A stretch of 63,991 nt of DNA, the filler included, from Babesia bigemina (Eukaryota), in assembly GCF_000981445.1 (NCBI RefSeq). It is 4 parts of 4 records of this genome, joined end to end, with 100 filler letters (N's around TTAATTAATTAA, not from the genome) between each part and the next. Parts side by side here need not be neighbours in the genome. Positions count along the whole stretch, not along the records: positions 24,686 to 42,716 come from NW_012237335.1; positions 42,817 to 59,457 come from NW_012237337.1; 2 more parts are not named here. One strand, 5' to 3'. The translations under genes were made by a program, and so were the position numbers. The notes below the pieces were generated by a model, which worked only from the letters and a program-made list of their open reading frames with translations, was not told the DNA's origin and did no database searches. Below are positions 41,393 through 51,774 of the stretch, one piece after another (the stretch's first letter is position 1; the number at the start of each line of letters is the position of its first letter).

Positions 41393-42716
41393 GTTAAATT
41401 AAGTTATCTCATCTTATAGTGTGCTATGTGGCTACGTGCCTAGGGCCGGTTTTCGTGTTTGCGGGGCTAACGCCTCACGCTGAAACCGGTTGCGGGATCC
41501 ACGCCGGTCCATTGCCGGACGTCACTGGTGCCATCCATGCGGGCATCCATCCAGTTTGGGCTTGAGGGTCTTCTACGGAATCGTAGTCTTCTTTCGGCTT
41601 CATATCCCTCATCACTATTTTATGTGTTTCTTGGATCACTACCCTTTGTATGTGGGCTTCCATGCGATCCGATATGCCCAGGTCCCGTCTATACTTGCTG
41701 TGTTCTTTCGTCACTATTCCCTCCCACGTCATAACGTAGGGGATAACCCTGATCTTGGTGTGCTGGTTAAACTGTCGCGCCTTGAGGTCCTCAATAAGGT
41801 CTTCATACTTCTGCTTCTTGAACTTCTCCGTATCCACTAGGTTGTCTTGATTGGTGATTCCTATCTCCACGATGGTTATGGTGTTCCTCCGCCGATCCGC
41901 CAGGATGATGTCTGGCCTGTTGTATTCCTTAGTCTTCTGAGTCTTGACCGTCTTGTCGTACGCGATCCATCCGTATTTTCCATGTACTTCACTCTCGATC
42001 TTGTGGGCGTCTATCTTCTCCTTGGGTAGTCCTATTTGCCTCCCGAGTACTGAGTGGACCCGTTTTGCTACCTCGTTGTGCCTCTTCGTATATTCTAGGT
42101 GTAGTAGTTTCGGGCACTTCGTCGCGAGGTGGTCCACGTTCTTGCCGTTGTTGCATCTTGAGCATTTCTTGGACGAAGTCATCCATTGCAGATTCCTGTC
42201 CTGGACTTCTGCTACCTTCGCTTCTTCTTCCGGGGTGAGTATTCCACACGTCAGGTACAATGACGACGCCTCGATGTCCAGCTTGGGGTCCTCACGCTTG
42301 GCATACAGAACCTTATGAGTTGATTTTACGTGCATTCTGTTGTACAGCCATTTGTTTTGGGCCACCCTGAGGTCCCTGAGGCTCTTGTCCGTAGTGTCCT
42401 CCATTCCGAATTCCATTCCATATCTTCCTTCCAGGTGCATCTTGATGTGAGATATGTGCGCGTATGTGTCGCGAAAATGCTGCATGATCGCAGCTCTCCT
42501 GGTTGACGTCACCTCGTCTGCTGAAACGTCAACCACAGTCGTAGCAGCATGGCTTCCGCTCTAAATACCATGCTGTGGAGCCCTCTCCCCATCTCTTTCC
42601 GGGGGAGGTAGAGCCTCTGTGTGTTCGCCCACTTCTTGTGTCCGTGCTTCGCGTTAATTATTCTCCGTACTGCCAGGTCGATCTTGTCGAAATGCGTGAT
42701 GTCCATAGGGATCACG
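41393..42716 (-). mobile_element. Retrotransposon copy 2 (3' 1.3 kb, cut by the gap; 1-bp frameshift at ~42526)
   Basis: Reverse complement of ~22572-23896, including the 3' UTR; encodes the CCHC and RLE domains (ORF 41475-42536). Confidence 0.92.
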
Positions 42717-42816
42717 NNNNNNNNNNNNNNNNNNNNNNNNNNNNNNNNNNNNNNNNNNNNTTAATTAATTAANNNNNNNNNNNNNNNNNNNNNNNNNNNN
42801 NNNNNNNNNNNNNNNN
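42717..42816. other. Artificial contig linker
   Basis: N44-TTAATTAATTAA-N44. Confidence 0.97.
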
Positions 42817-43177
42817 CTCCACATCGTTCCTTAACCCACTCTACATCGCCCCTTTACCCACTCTACATCGCCCCTTCATCCACTCTACATCGCTCCCTAA
42901 CCCACCTTACATCGCCCTTTAACCCACTCCACATCGCCCCTTTACCCACCTTACATCGCTCTTTTACCCACTCTACATCGCTCCCTAACCCACTATACAT
43001 CGCTCCCTAACCCACTCTACATCGCCCCTTTACCCACTCTACATCGCCCCTTTACCCACTCTACATCGCCCCTTTATCCACTCTACATCGCCCCTTAACC
43101 CACTCTACATCGCCCCTTTATCCACTCTACATCGCCCCTTTATCCACTCTACATCGCTCCCTAACCCACTCTACATC
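42817..43177 (+). repeat. 22-bp satellite
   Basis: Direct periodicity. Confidence 0.96.
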
Positions 43178-43414
43178 CCTTGAATCACCTCGCCTTAATA
43201 CCGCTATGACCTTTATAAACCTTTATAATAACTTGTGCTTTGTCACCCTTCACTTCCCTCTTCCACCTCTTGCCACTGCCATGTCCCATCATGTTCACCC
43301 TAACTCCAAATCTCTCGAATTACTTCATTATATTAACGCTATGACCTCCATTAATCATTATAATAACTTGTTGATACTGACCATTCTCTCACTGACGATG
43401 CTACTAGAAGAGCC

Positions 43415-46400
43415 TTGCAGGACATTGACTCCAAGCTTGTTAGCCTTGGTCACCTGGCTGGACAGCTTGGAGGATTTGTTGGTGAAAGTGAGAGTGTTAA
43501 GAAAGCCGTTATATATGCTATTATCGCCCAAATTAACAGTAATGAAGAGCTTAAAAAGCTTTACTCTTCTCATGTTACTATCCTTTCTGAGTCTGTCAAG
43601 CCTGCTGGCAAGGCTGATGACAACCTAAAAATTAGTGAGCTTAAAGATAAAGTTACCACTGAAATTACGCTTACTGAAGAGGCAATTAAGAATCTTAAGC
43701 CTACTGAAAATAACTCTCTTCCTTCCCCCTCTCCCTCTGCTGAGCTAGCCAAATTGCACTCCAAGTTGGAGGCTTTGAGGAAGGTGGAGAAGCTTTGTGG
43801 ATTTTATGAGAATCTTAATACTAAACAAAATGATCCTAAAAAGCTCTTAGATAATTTATGTTCCGGCCTCGAAAAATTCCTCGGCTTCAACTCTGACTCC
43901 AAAGGCTACGACGGCAGTGGGATTGTGTACTCTGACCTGGATAGGCTGTGTGACGCAGTGATGGGATTTTTGAGTGGTGTGCTTGAGGATGTCAGCGAGA
44001 AACAGCCTTACAGTGTGGGTAAAACAATACTAATAGAGATTGTTACTGAGCTTAAAAATAATTTATCCACCGGGCGTGAGGGTTTTAAGTTCATTGCGCA
44101 GGTGGCGGATAGGGTGCGGGGGTATAATGAGAGTGTTAGAAAGCAGAATGACTACGTCAAAGAAAAAATGAAATTGTTGACTTCAGATATGCAAACAATT
44201 AAATGCGAGGTGGGTGAAATACTCCAGGATGAAGAAACTATCGAAGCGGGAAGAATTTATCGAGCTGTGGATAACGTGAATGGTAAGTTGGAAGTTGGCA
44301 TTAGAAAAACCAAGGACTATTTGGGCTATATATCGTCGGTGCCAAATATCCTTAGTGACTTTAATTTACGTCTGAAACATAAAGTAGAAAACGTCAATAT
44401 GAGTGTCAAACATGAGTACGATAGGCTTTGTGACATGTCAGACAAGGAGAAAAAAGATCATAATGATATGGAGGTAATGATAAAAACGGCGCATGAAAAT
44501 TTAAGAAAGAGTGTTAATGATAAAGTTGAATATGAAATAACGGAGTTGATTTATAGGTTTAAGAAGAGTGTCACGGAACTGCAAAAAAAATTGCAAAAGA
44601 TTAACGAAGGTCTTGCATATTATGCTAGAAATGTCTACTCGTGGATTGAGAAAGCTGATAAAATTATGCAGACGGCTTTGGATTTAATAACGAAGATTTT
44701 GGAGGAGGTAAAACATCCTGCGTGTTCCGATTCGAATAAGGATAATCTTGAAAAAGCCAGCAAGGCGTTGAGAGATAAGGCGTATGAGCTTTTCAATGCT
44801 GGTACCAAGGCAAACGATGCGGTGCAGCAGTACGTTAAAGCAGCGCTAGGGCAGGTAAAAGAAATGGATGGGAAGCTGAAGGAGGATTTGTACAAGGTGA
44901 AGCAGGCTGTTAGTAGGCAGGTGGAGGAAATTAAGACGGCGATTGGGAAGTTGTATAAAGTTGTTGAGAGCGGAAGTGCGGAAGGAGCAGATGAACATAA
45001 GAAAAAAGTTGACACACTTATTAAGCATATCAAAGGCAGAATCGGGGCGATAAAAGGAGAAGGAAGAAACACTAATGGTCTTGATTTCATTAGGAGAGGT
45101 GTAATAACGTATGTAACGGGATACAATAAAAAATTTGAAACAGAGAATTTGTTGAAGTGGGTGAAGAAGGTGGTTAGTTTGAGCGACGATGCGGAGGGTT
45201 ATGTCGAAATGTACCTTAGCGGTATTCATGATGAGCTGACGGACGAACATAAGTACGGTCAGCAAACCCTGGCTAAAATTACTGAGCTACTTAAGACTAC
45301 TATTACAGCCGAGCTTCATAAAATTGCAGCAAAACATACGATCGATCTCAACCACAATGGCAATATTGATGTAAACTTAAAATCGATCCAGAAATTTTTA
45401 GATAAACTAAACAGTGGTGCTTTACAACAACTAACGAAGACAATTGTCGATCATATTCAGCAGCAGTTACAGCGTGGCGGTGTTGTACGCGAAATTCCTA
45501 CGCAAACAGACGATCTTAGCCAAGCCGTCAGAATAGTCCTACATGCCGTATCTACGGCCACAGATAGATTGGGGGAAGAGATTAATGAACTCGTAGAAAC
45601 ATGCAAATTACAGAACATTACACATACGATGAATTCAATCACAGTGCTCTTCGATAAGTTTGACAATGCACTTGGATTGAATGCTCCTCTCACCTTCGGC
45701 GCCCAAAGCACCAACCACGCCGCCGCCGTCGACTCCGCGATCACGGAGGTTACGACTGAGCTTGGAAGGCAGTTGCCTCCTGAAGGTGGTAACAAGGCAC
45801 AGAGTCATGTACAGCTTAATAAAGGAACATTCACCGCATACGAAAAATTTGTCGTCCAACCCATAAAAGAAGGTGAGCTAACCGGCGCTTCCGACGGTTC
45901 CGAAGGCTCCCTCCCCGCGGCGATCGGTGAGATTAAGACGGAAGTGGAGAAAGCATTGTCCGAGATTGGCAAATTCAATGGTGACTCTCAGCAGGAGTTA
46001 GCAAAAGTCACCTCCAAAATCGATGCACTATGTTCCACTATCAAGCAGGCAGCGGGAGACGAAGAAGGGCTGAAGAAAGTATTAACCGAATTTAAAAAAG
46101 AGGAAATTTCCAAAGGCGTCGACAAAAAAGGCCTGCAAGCGCTACACAAAAAAATTACTGAGCTAAGAGAAAATAATTTGGTCGCCTCCATCAGAGACAC
46201 TGAAGGATTGCTTATATTAGCAGACATGGAAAGAACAACTTTTATAGACACTCTTCGGAAACATATCGACTACCAAGTTAATGTTGCCCAAACCGCTCTT
46301 CTGAGAACCGCCCGCCGCAACTACGTCACCTCCGTCAAGGCGCTCCTCACCGCGTTCGCGGACAAGGTCGGCCAGGAGTTGAAGGGGTTGCCGGGGGAGA

Positions 46401-49252
46401 TTGAGAGGGATTTGACGATCGGGTTCAAGGGGTTGATGAAGACGTTGGAGGATGGTAGTACGCACAAGGATGCAAAGCAACAAGAAAATATTAAACTACT
46501 AAGCAATCTCACCGATAAGTCTGCTTCATCAGGCTCTAAGCCTATGACCTTCACCGAGTTGGCCCAGAGCTTCTATGAATTTTTGATACCTCTGGACACT
46601 TACATACAAAAAGAGATAAAGAATGTGCACAATGAAGAAAATGAAAAGAAAAATCCAAACCCGTCGAACACTGAAACTCTTTACACTGGCAAGTTTAATG
46701 CTGTTGTTAAAGGATTTGAATCTCTCCTCTTCCACCTTATAGAAAGGAAAAAGTACGATTGTAATGTGCCTAATAAACTACAAAACCTCATAGATACACT
46801 CACCGACCTTAAGCCAGAAAACTTCGCCACACCGAATAGCCCGGTCTTGGATGGTGTCATAGAGGGGCTCACGAAATTCGCGGATGAGCTGGACAAGGCG
46901 TACATATCGGTGTATGACAGTCAAATATGCGGTGAACTTATAAAGGACTATAAACAAGTATCCAATCTAACAGGAGTAGTGGAGACGTATGACCTAACTG
47001 ACGAAGGCAGGAACTGCGCAAAAGTGTTCCTAAGTATACTCGAGACGCTATTCCACGATCTCCACGTATTAAGGATAAATTGCATTCCAAAAAGTAGTCA
47101 GTGGCATAGTAAGGACGTTTGTTTGTATGACGTGGAGGAAGATGGAAGCCGCGTTGAAAATCGTCTAGGCGGCTGGTTGAGAGGCCGCGGTTTCCGGGTG
47201 TCCCAAACTAAAGCCAGTCATGATGGTGAATTAAGAATTCAACCTCATTCAACGAAAAATGGAATACACGGATTCATGGTTAACGGCAGCAACGATAAAT
47301 ATCTCTTCAAGAATAATGATCACAAAGAACAAAGTCGCGCAGTTCAGAAGCTTATCCACCACCTTCACGATTACTGGAAAGTCTGCCACCTCTACATTCC
47401 TCATAACCCCAAAACGCCGTCTAACATCAATCAGATGCTTCAGTGGCTTGCCGGTCTGCGCTTCAGGCCGGACCTCAATCCACTTTATATGTGCTTCAAG
47501 GAATCGTTTCCTAAGCCTGAAGGAATGGAACACTTGTCATATAAGGAAATTAAGCGAGAAGATGTCAAGCTCTCCGCCACCACTACGATCACGTATCAGG
47601 AAATGGCAGCCATAACATTGCGAGATGTTTGTCTGCAATCGTATGACATATTGCTCGCAATCCAAGGCCATGGTCACGCGAGTGGGCGGTACGCAGTTGA
47701 CTTCCGCACAAACGTCGATAATTTAGATTATCCCAGCAACGCTGCATCATGCTTTGACATGCTCGTCGATGTATCATACAGAGTGTATGACCAACTGTAT
47801 TTCGTATTCATTCAGTGTCAGCGCACATCGGAGGCTAACAGTTGGCGTGAGTGTTGGTACGGTCGTCATATTGGTGGGTCATCATGGGAGTGCAATTCCA
47901 TGCAATGTCCTAACCAACGATGTCCTCAAAAGGTTGACCAAATTGCCAACCAAAACGCTAACCAAAATGCTAATCAAATCGCTAGGCAAACGTGTGACCA
48001 GCACCCTAAGTGCGGTATCAAGTCACCCTTGCAGTCGTTTTTGGAAGACGGCTTACAAGGCTTCCTGCCACATTCACTTACAAAAATTGGCTGCGGAGAA
48101 GAGTGTTCACTGGGCAAGCACAGAGGGTTACCATGTAAAACGCCAATGGGATATGCTGCCCTTGGTGTTGAAGCATCTCATACGAAAAAGGGTGAGAACC
48201 TTGCTGATATTTTAGAAGGTTTCTGTGGCAAACGAAATTCATCGCTTACTCTATTATGCGCGCAATTCACCTGTTTGTTACAGAAAGCACCTCAGTCGTT
48301 GGACGACATGTTCTCGTTCTTCTACAACTTCCTTAAGGACCGTACTACCAACAGCGAGCATAGGCTGGCGGCATTCGAGAATGCAGTTCGAAAAGCCAAT
48401 TTCGGCGATGCTACTAAACGCTTGGACATTACGTGTATGTTCAGTGACAAATCTCATGGCACTAATGGTACGTCTACTCATATTAAGGGTGACCTGTATT
48501 GTCTCTACAGTTGCGACTACGATTCCGAACCAGAGATTACTTGCGGTAGATACCTACAGTCTTGCGGCATAAACATATGGTCTACGTTCTCAAGCAAAAA
48601 CAGCGGCAGGTATCTGTCGTGGATTGTTTACTTAACTGAAACGTTCTATGATTTGCTGAAGCAACTTTACGAGGAGTGCTGCAATAATTGCAACAAGCCG
48701 GGCACCAGATGCTACGGCAAGATTTGCGCCGAAAAATGCCAAGTGCAAATGTATTACAAATCGCAAGCATCCGATTCTAAGGTTAAAACGCCCGCTACCA
48801 TCACGCATCCTAATCACGATAAGCAATGCAAATCTATCGCGACGTGTCCATTCACTCGTCCAACACTGTCGAAGTATGGCTTCGTTCTTCAAAGCTCACA
48901 CAACCTCAGTGGTTCACACAATGTGGCATCCAAAAGGACGTGCCAAGATTTGTGCGAAACCTTGAAAAGAGTGCTCAGCGACGAAAAAGATAAAAATAAT
49001 GTACTTGCTAAGTTAGTACATGAGACCATCCCGGAGTTCCTTTACCAGATCCGTTTCCCGTTCATGACCCTAACCCTCGCCCTCTGGCTCCTCTCTTTCC
49101 TATACCTCCTCCACATCATGGTCATACGCCTCGACCTGCTCCACATCAAATCGCACCTACATAGTCCCTCGAGTCATCGCATCGCTGCTCAATCGCTACT
49201 TGCGGCTGCGCGTGTTAACAAGCTTAACAGAGTGTTTTATCTGCAACCATAA
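43415..49252 (+). CDS. ves: VESA-like antigen, subfamily-2 body, tail type B
   Basis: 1945-codon ORF with all family motifs. Track start is TTG; first in-frame ATG is at 43961. Confidence 0.85.
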   Translation: MQDIDSKLVSLGHLAGQLGGFVGESESVKKAVIYAIIAQINSNEELKKLYSSHVTILSESVKPAGKADDNLKISELKDKVTTEITLTEEAIKNLKPTENNSLPSPSPSAELAKLHSKLEALRKVEKLCGFYENLNTKQNDPKKLLDNLCSGLEKFLGFNSDSKGYDGSGIVYSDLDRLCDAVMGFLSGVLEDVSEKQPYSVGKTILIEIVTELKNNLSTGREGFKFIAQVADRVRGYNESVRKQNDYVKEKMKLLTSDMQTIKCEVGEILQDEETIEAGRIYRAVDNVNGKLEVGIRKTKDYLGYISSVPNILSDFNLRLKHKVENVNMSVKHEYDRLCDMSDKEKKDHNDMEVMIKTAHENLRKSVNDKVEYEITELIYRFKKSVTELQKKLQKINEGLAYYARNVYSWIEKADKIMQTALDLITKILEEVKHPACSDSNKDNLEKASKALRDKAYELFNAGTKANDAVQQYVKAALGQVKEMDGKLKEDLYKVKQAVSRQVEEIKTAIGKLYKVVESGSAEGADEHKKKVDTLIKHIKGRIGAIKGEGRNTNGLDFIRRGVITYVTGYNKKFETENLLKWVKKVVSLSDDAEGYVEMYLSGIHDELTDEHKYGQQTLAKITELLKTTITAELHKIAAKHTIDLNHNGNIDVNLKSIQKFLDKLNSGALQQLTKTIVDHIQQQLQRGGVVREIPTQTDDLSQAVRIVLHAVSTATDRLGEEINELVETCKLQNITHTMNSITVLFDKFDNALGLNAPLTFGAQSTNHAAAVDSAITEVTTELGRQLPPEGGNKAQSHVQLNKGTFTAYEKFVVQPIKEGELTGASDGSEGSLPAAIGEIKTEVEKALSEIGKFNGDSQQELAKVTSKIDALCSTIKQAAGDEEGLKKVLTEFKKEEISKGVDKKGLQALHKKITELRENNLVASIRDTEGLLILADMERTTFIDTLRKHIDYQVNVAQTALLRTARRNYVTSVKALLTAFADKVGQELKGLPGEIERDLTIGFKGLMKTLEDGSTHKDAKQQENIKLLSNLTDKSASSGSKPMTFTELAQSFYEFLIPLDTYIQKEIKNVHNEENEKKNPNPSNTETLYTGKFNAVVKGFESLLFHLIERKKYDCNVPNKLQNLIDTLTDLKPENFATPNSPVLDGVIEGLTKFADELDKAYISVYDSQICGELIKDYKQVSNLTGVVETYDLTDEGRNCAKVFLSILETLFHDLHVLRINCIPKSSQWHSKDVCLYDVEEDGSRVENRLGGWLRGRGFRVSQTKASHDGELRIQPHSTKNGIHGFMVNGSNDKYLFKNNDHKEQSRAVQKLIHHLHDYWKVCHLYIPHNPKTPSNINQMLQWLAGLRFRPDLNPLYMCFKESFPKPEGMEHLSYKEIKREDVKLSATTTITYQEMAAITLRDVCLQSYDILLAIQGHGHASGRYAVDFRTNVDNLDYPSNAASCFDMLVDVSYRVYDQLYFVFIQCQRTSEANSWRECWYGRHIGGSSWECNSMQCPNQRCPQKVDQIANQNANQNANQIARQTCDQHPKCGIKSPLQSFLEDGLQGFLPHSLTKIGCGEECSLGKHRGLPCKTPMGYAALGVEASHTKKGENLADILEGFCGKRNSSLTLLCAQFTCLLQKAPQSLDDMFSFFYNFLKDRTTNSEHRLAAFENAVRKANFGDATKRLDITCMFSDKSHGTNGTSTHIKGDLYCLYSCDYDSEPEITCGRYLQSCGINIWSTFSSKNSGRYLSWIVYLTETFYDLLKQLYEECCNNCNKPGTRCYGKICAEKCQVQMYYKSQASDSKVKTPATITHPNHDKQCKSIATCPFTRPTLSKYGFVLQSSHNLSGSHNVASKRTCQDLCETLKRVLSDEKDKNNVLAKLVHETIPEFLYQIRFPFMTLTLALWLLSFLYLLHIMVIRLDLLHIKSHLHSPSSHRIAAQSLLAAARVNKLNRVFYLQP

Positions 49253-49374
49253 TCGTACTCACGTGTTTACCTTCTACACTCACTTAGCATCACCTACTCA
49301 CCTAACTTATGAATTGTTGTCTAATCTATTGTATCACTCACTAATCGTTGTATGTGATTGTGTAGTAGTTAACT

Positions 49375-49662
49375 AAAGTGCTTATCAAGATGCTGACCAA
49401 AGTGCTGACCAATGTGCTGACCAACCACCTGACCAAAGTGCTGACCAATGTGCTGACCAACCACCTGACCAAAGTGCTGACCAAGGTGCTGACCAAAGTG
49501 CTGACCAAAGTGCTGACAAACGTGCTGACCAAGTTGATGTCACGGCAGCGATGACATGGTTACAGCAGCGATGACATGGTCACGGCAGCGATGACATGGT
49601 TACGGCAGCGATGTCTTGGTTACGGCAGCGATGACATGGTCACGGCTACGACGACATGGTGA
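49375..49662 (+). repeat. 12-bp array (to ~49532) then 20-bp array
   Basis: Direct periodicity. Confidence 0.93.
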
Positions 49663-49680
49663 CCAGAGTGGTGATTATTA

Positions 49681-51536
49681 TCCACCCTACATCGCTCCTT
49701 TATCCACTCCGCATCGCCCCTTTATCCATCCTACATCGCCCCTTATCCACTCTACATCGCCCTTTTATCCACTCTACATCGCCCCTTAACCCACTCCACA
49801 TCGCCCCTTTACTCACTCTACATCGCCCCTTTATCCACTCTACATCGCTCCCTTATCCACTCTACATCGCCCCTTTACTCACTCTACATCGCCCCTTTAT
49901 CCACTCTACATCGCCCCTTTATCCACTCTACATCGCCCCTTAACCGACTCTACATCGCTCCCTAACCCACCCTACATCGCTCCCTAATCCACTCCACATC
50001 GCCCCTTTACCCACCCTACATCGCTCCTTAACCCACCCTACATCGCTCCCTAATCCACTCTACATCGCCCCTTTACCCACTCTACATCGCTCCCTAACCC
50101 ACTCTACATCGCTCCCTAACCCACTCTACATCGCTCCTTTATCCACTCCACATCGCTCCCTAACCCACTCTACATCGCTCCCTAACCCACTCTACATCGC
50201 TCCCTAATCCACTTTACATCGCCCCCTTACCCACTCTACATCGCTCCTTTGTCCACTCTACATCGCCCCTTAACCCACTCTACATCGCTCCTTTATCCAC
50301 TCTACATCGCCCCTTTATCCACTCTACATCGCCCCTTTATCCACTCTACATCGCTCCCTAACCCACTCTACATCGCTCCCTAACCCACTCCACATCGCTC
50401 CTTAACCCACTCTACATCGCTCCCTAACCCACTCTACATCGCCCCTTAACCCACTCTACATCGCTCCTTTACCCACTCTACATCGCCCCTTAATCCACTC
50501 TACATCGCTCCCTAATCCACTCTACATCGCCCCTTATCCACTCCACATCGCCCCTTTATCCACTCTACATCGCTCCCTAACCCACCCTTCATCGCCCCTT
50601 AACCCACTCTACATCGCCCCTTAACCCACCCTTCATCGCCCCTTAACCCACTCTACATCGCCCCTTAACCCACTCTACATCGCCCCTTAACCCACTCTAC
50701 ATCGCCCCTTAACCCACTCTACATCGCCTATTTATCCACCTTACATCGCTCCCTTACCCACTCTACATCACCCCTTTATCCACTCCACATCGCCCCTTAT
50801 CCACTCTACATCACCCCTCTATCCACTCCACATCGCCCCTTTATCCACTCTACATCGCCCCTTTACCCACTCTACATCGCTCCCTAACCCACTCTACATC
50901 GCCTATTTATCCACCTTACATCGCTCCCTTACCCACTCTACATCGCCCCTTTCACCACTCTACATCGCCCCTTTCACCACTCTACATCGCCCCTTTATCC
51001 ACTCTACATCGCCCCTTTATCCACTCTACATCGCCCCTTTACCCACTCTACACCGCCCCTTTATCCACTCTCCATCGCCCCTTATCCACTCCACATCGCT
51101 CCCTAACCCACTCTACATCGCTCCCTAACCCACTCCACATCGCTCCTCTACCCACTCTACATCGCCCCTTTACCCACTCTACATCGCCCCTTAACGCACT
51201 CTACATCGCTCCCTAACCCACTCTACATCGCCCCTTAACCCACTCCACATCGCTCCTTATCCACTCCACATCGCCCCTTTATCCACTCCACATCGCCCCT
51301 TTACCCACTCCACATCGCCCCTTAACCCACTCCACATCGCTCCTTTATCCACTCCACATCGCCCCTTTACCCACTCCACATCGCTCCCTAACCCACTCTA
51401 CATCGCCCCTTAATCCACTCTACATCGCCCCTTAATCCACTCTACATCGCTCCCTAACCCACTCTACATCGCTCTTTTATCCACTCTACATCGCCCCTTA
51501 AACCACTCCACATCGCCCCTTTATCCACTCTACATC
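49681..51536 (+). repeat. 22-bp satellite, about 84 units
   Basis: Direct periodicity. Confidence 0.97.
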
Positions 51537-51774
51537 CCTTGAATCACCTCGCCATAATACCGCTATGATTTCTTTAAACCACAATAATAACTTGTGTATT
51601 GTCACCCTTCACTTCCCCTCTTCCACCTCTTGCCACTGCCATGTCCCATCATGTTCACCCTATCTCCAAATCTCTCGAATTACTTCGTCTTATTAACGCT
51701 ATGACCTCTATTAACCTTTATAATAACTTGTTGATACTGATCATTCTCTTACTGACGCTGCTACTAAGAAAGCC

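Noticed and set aside
43415..49252. Bacterial Ebh or SMC-like annotation for the long helical ORFs
   Set aside because: Only generic coiled-coil similarity; the Cys-rich domain, C-terminal TM and RLDxLHIxSH tail fit VESA-like proteins.
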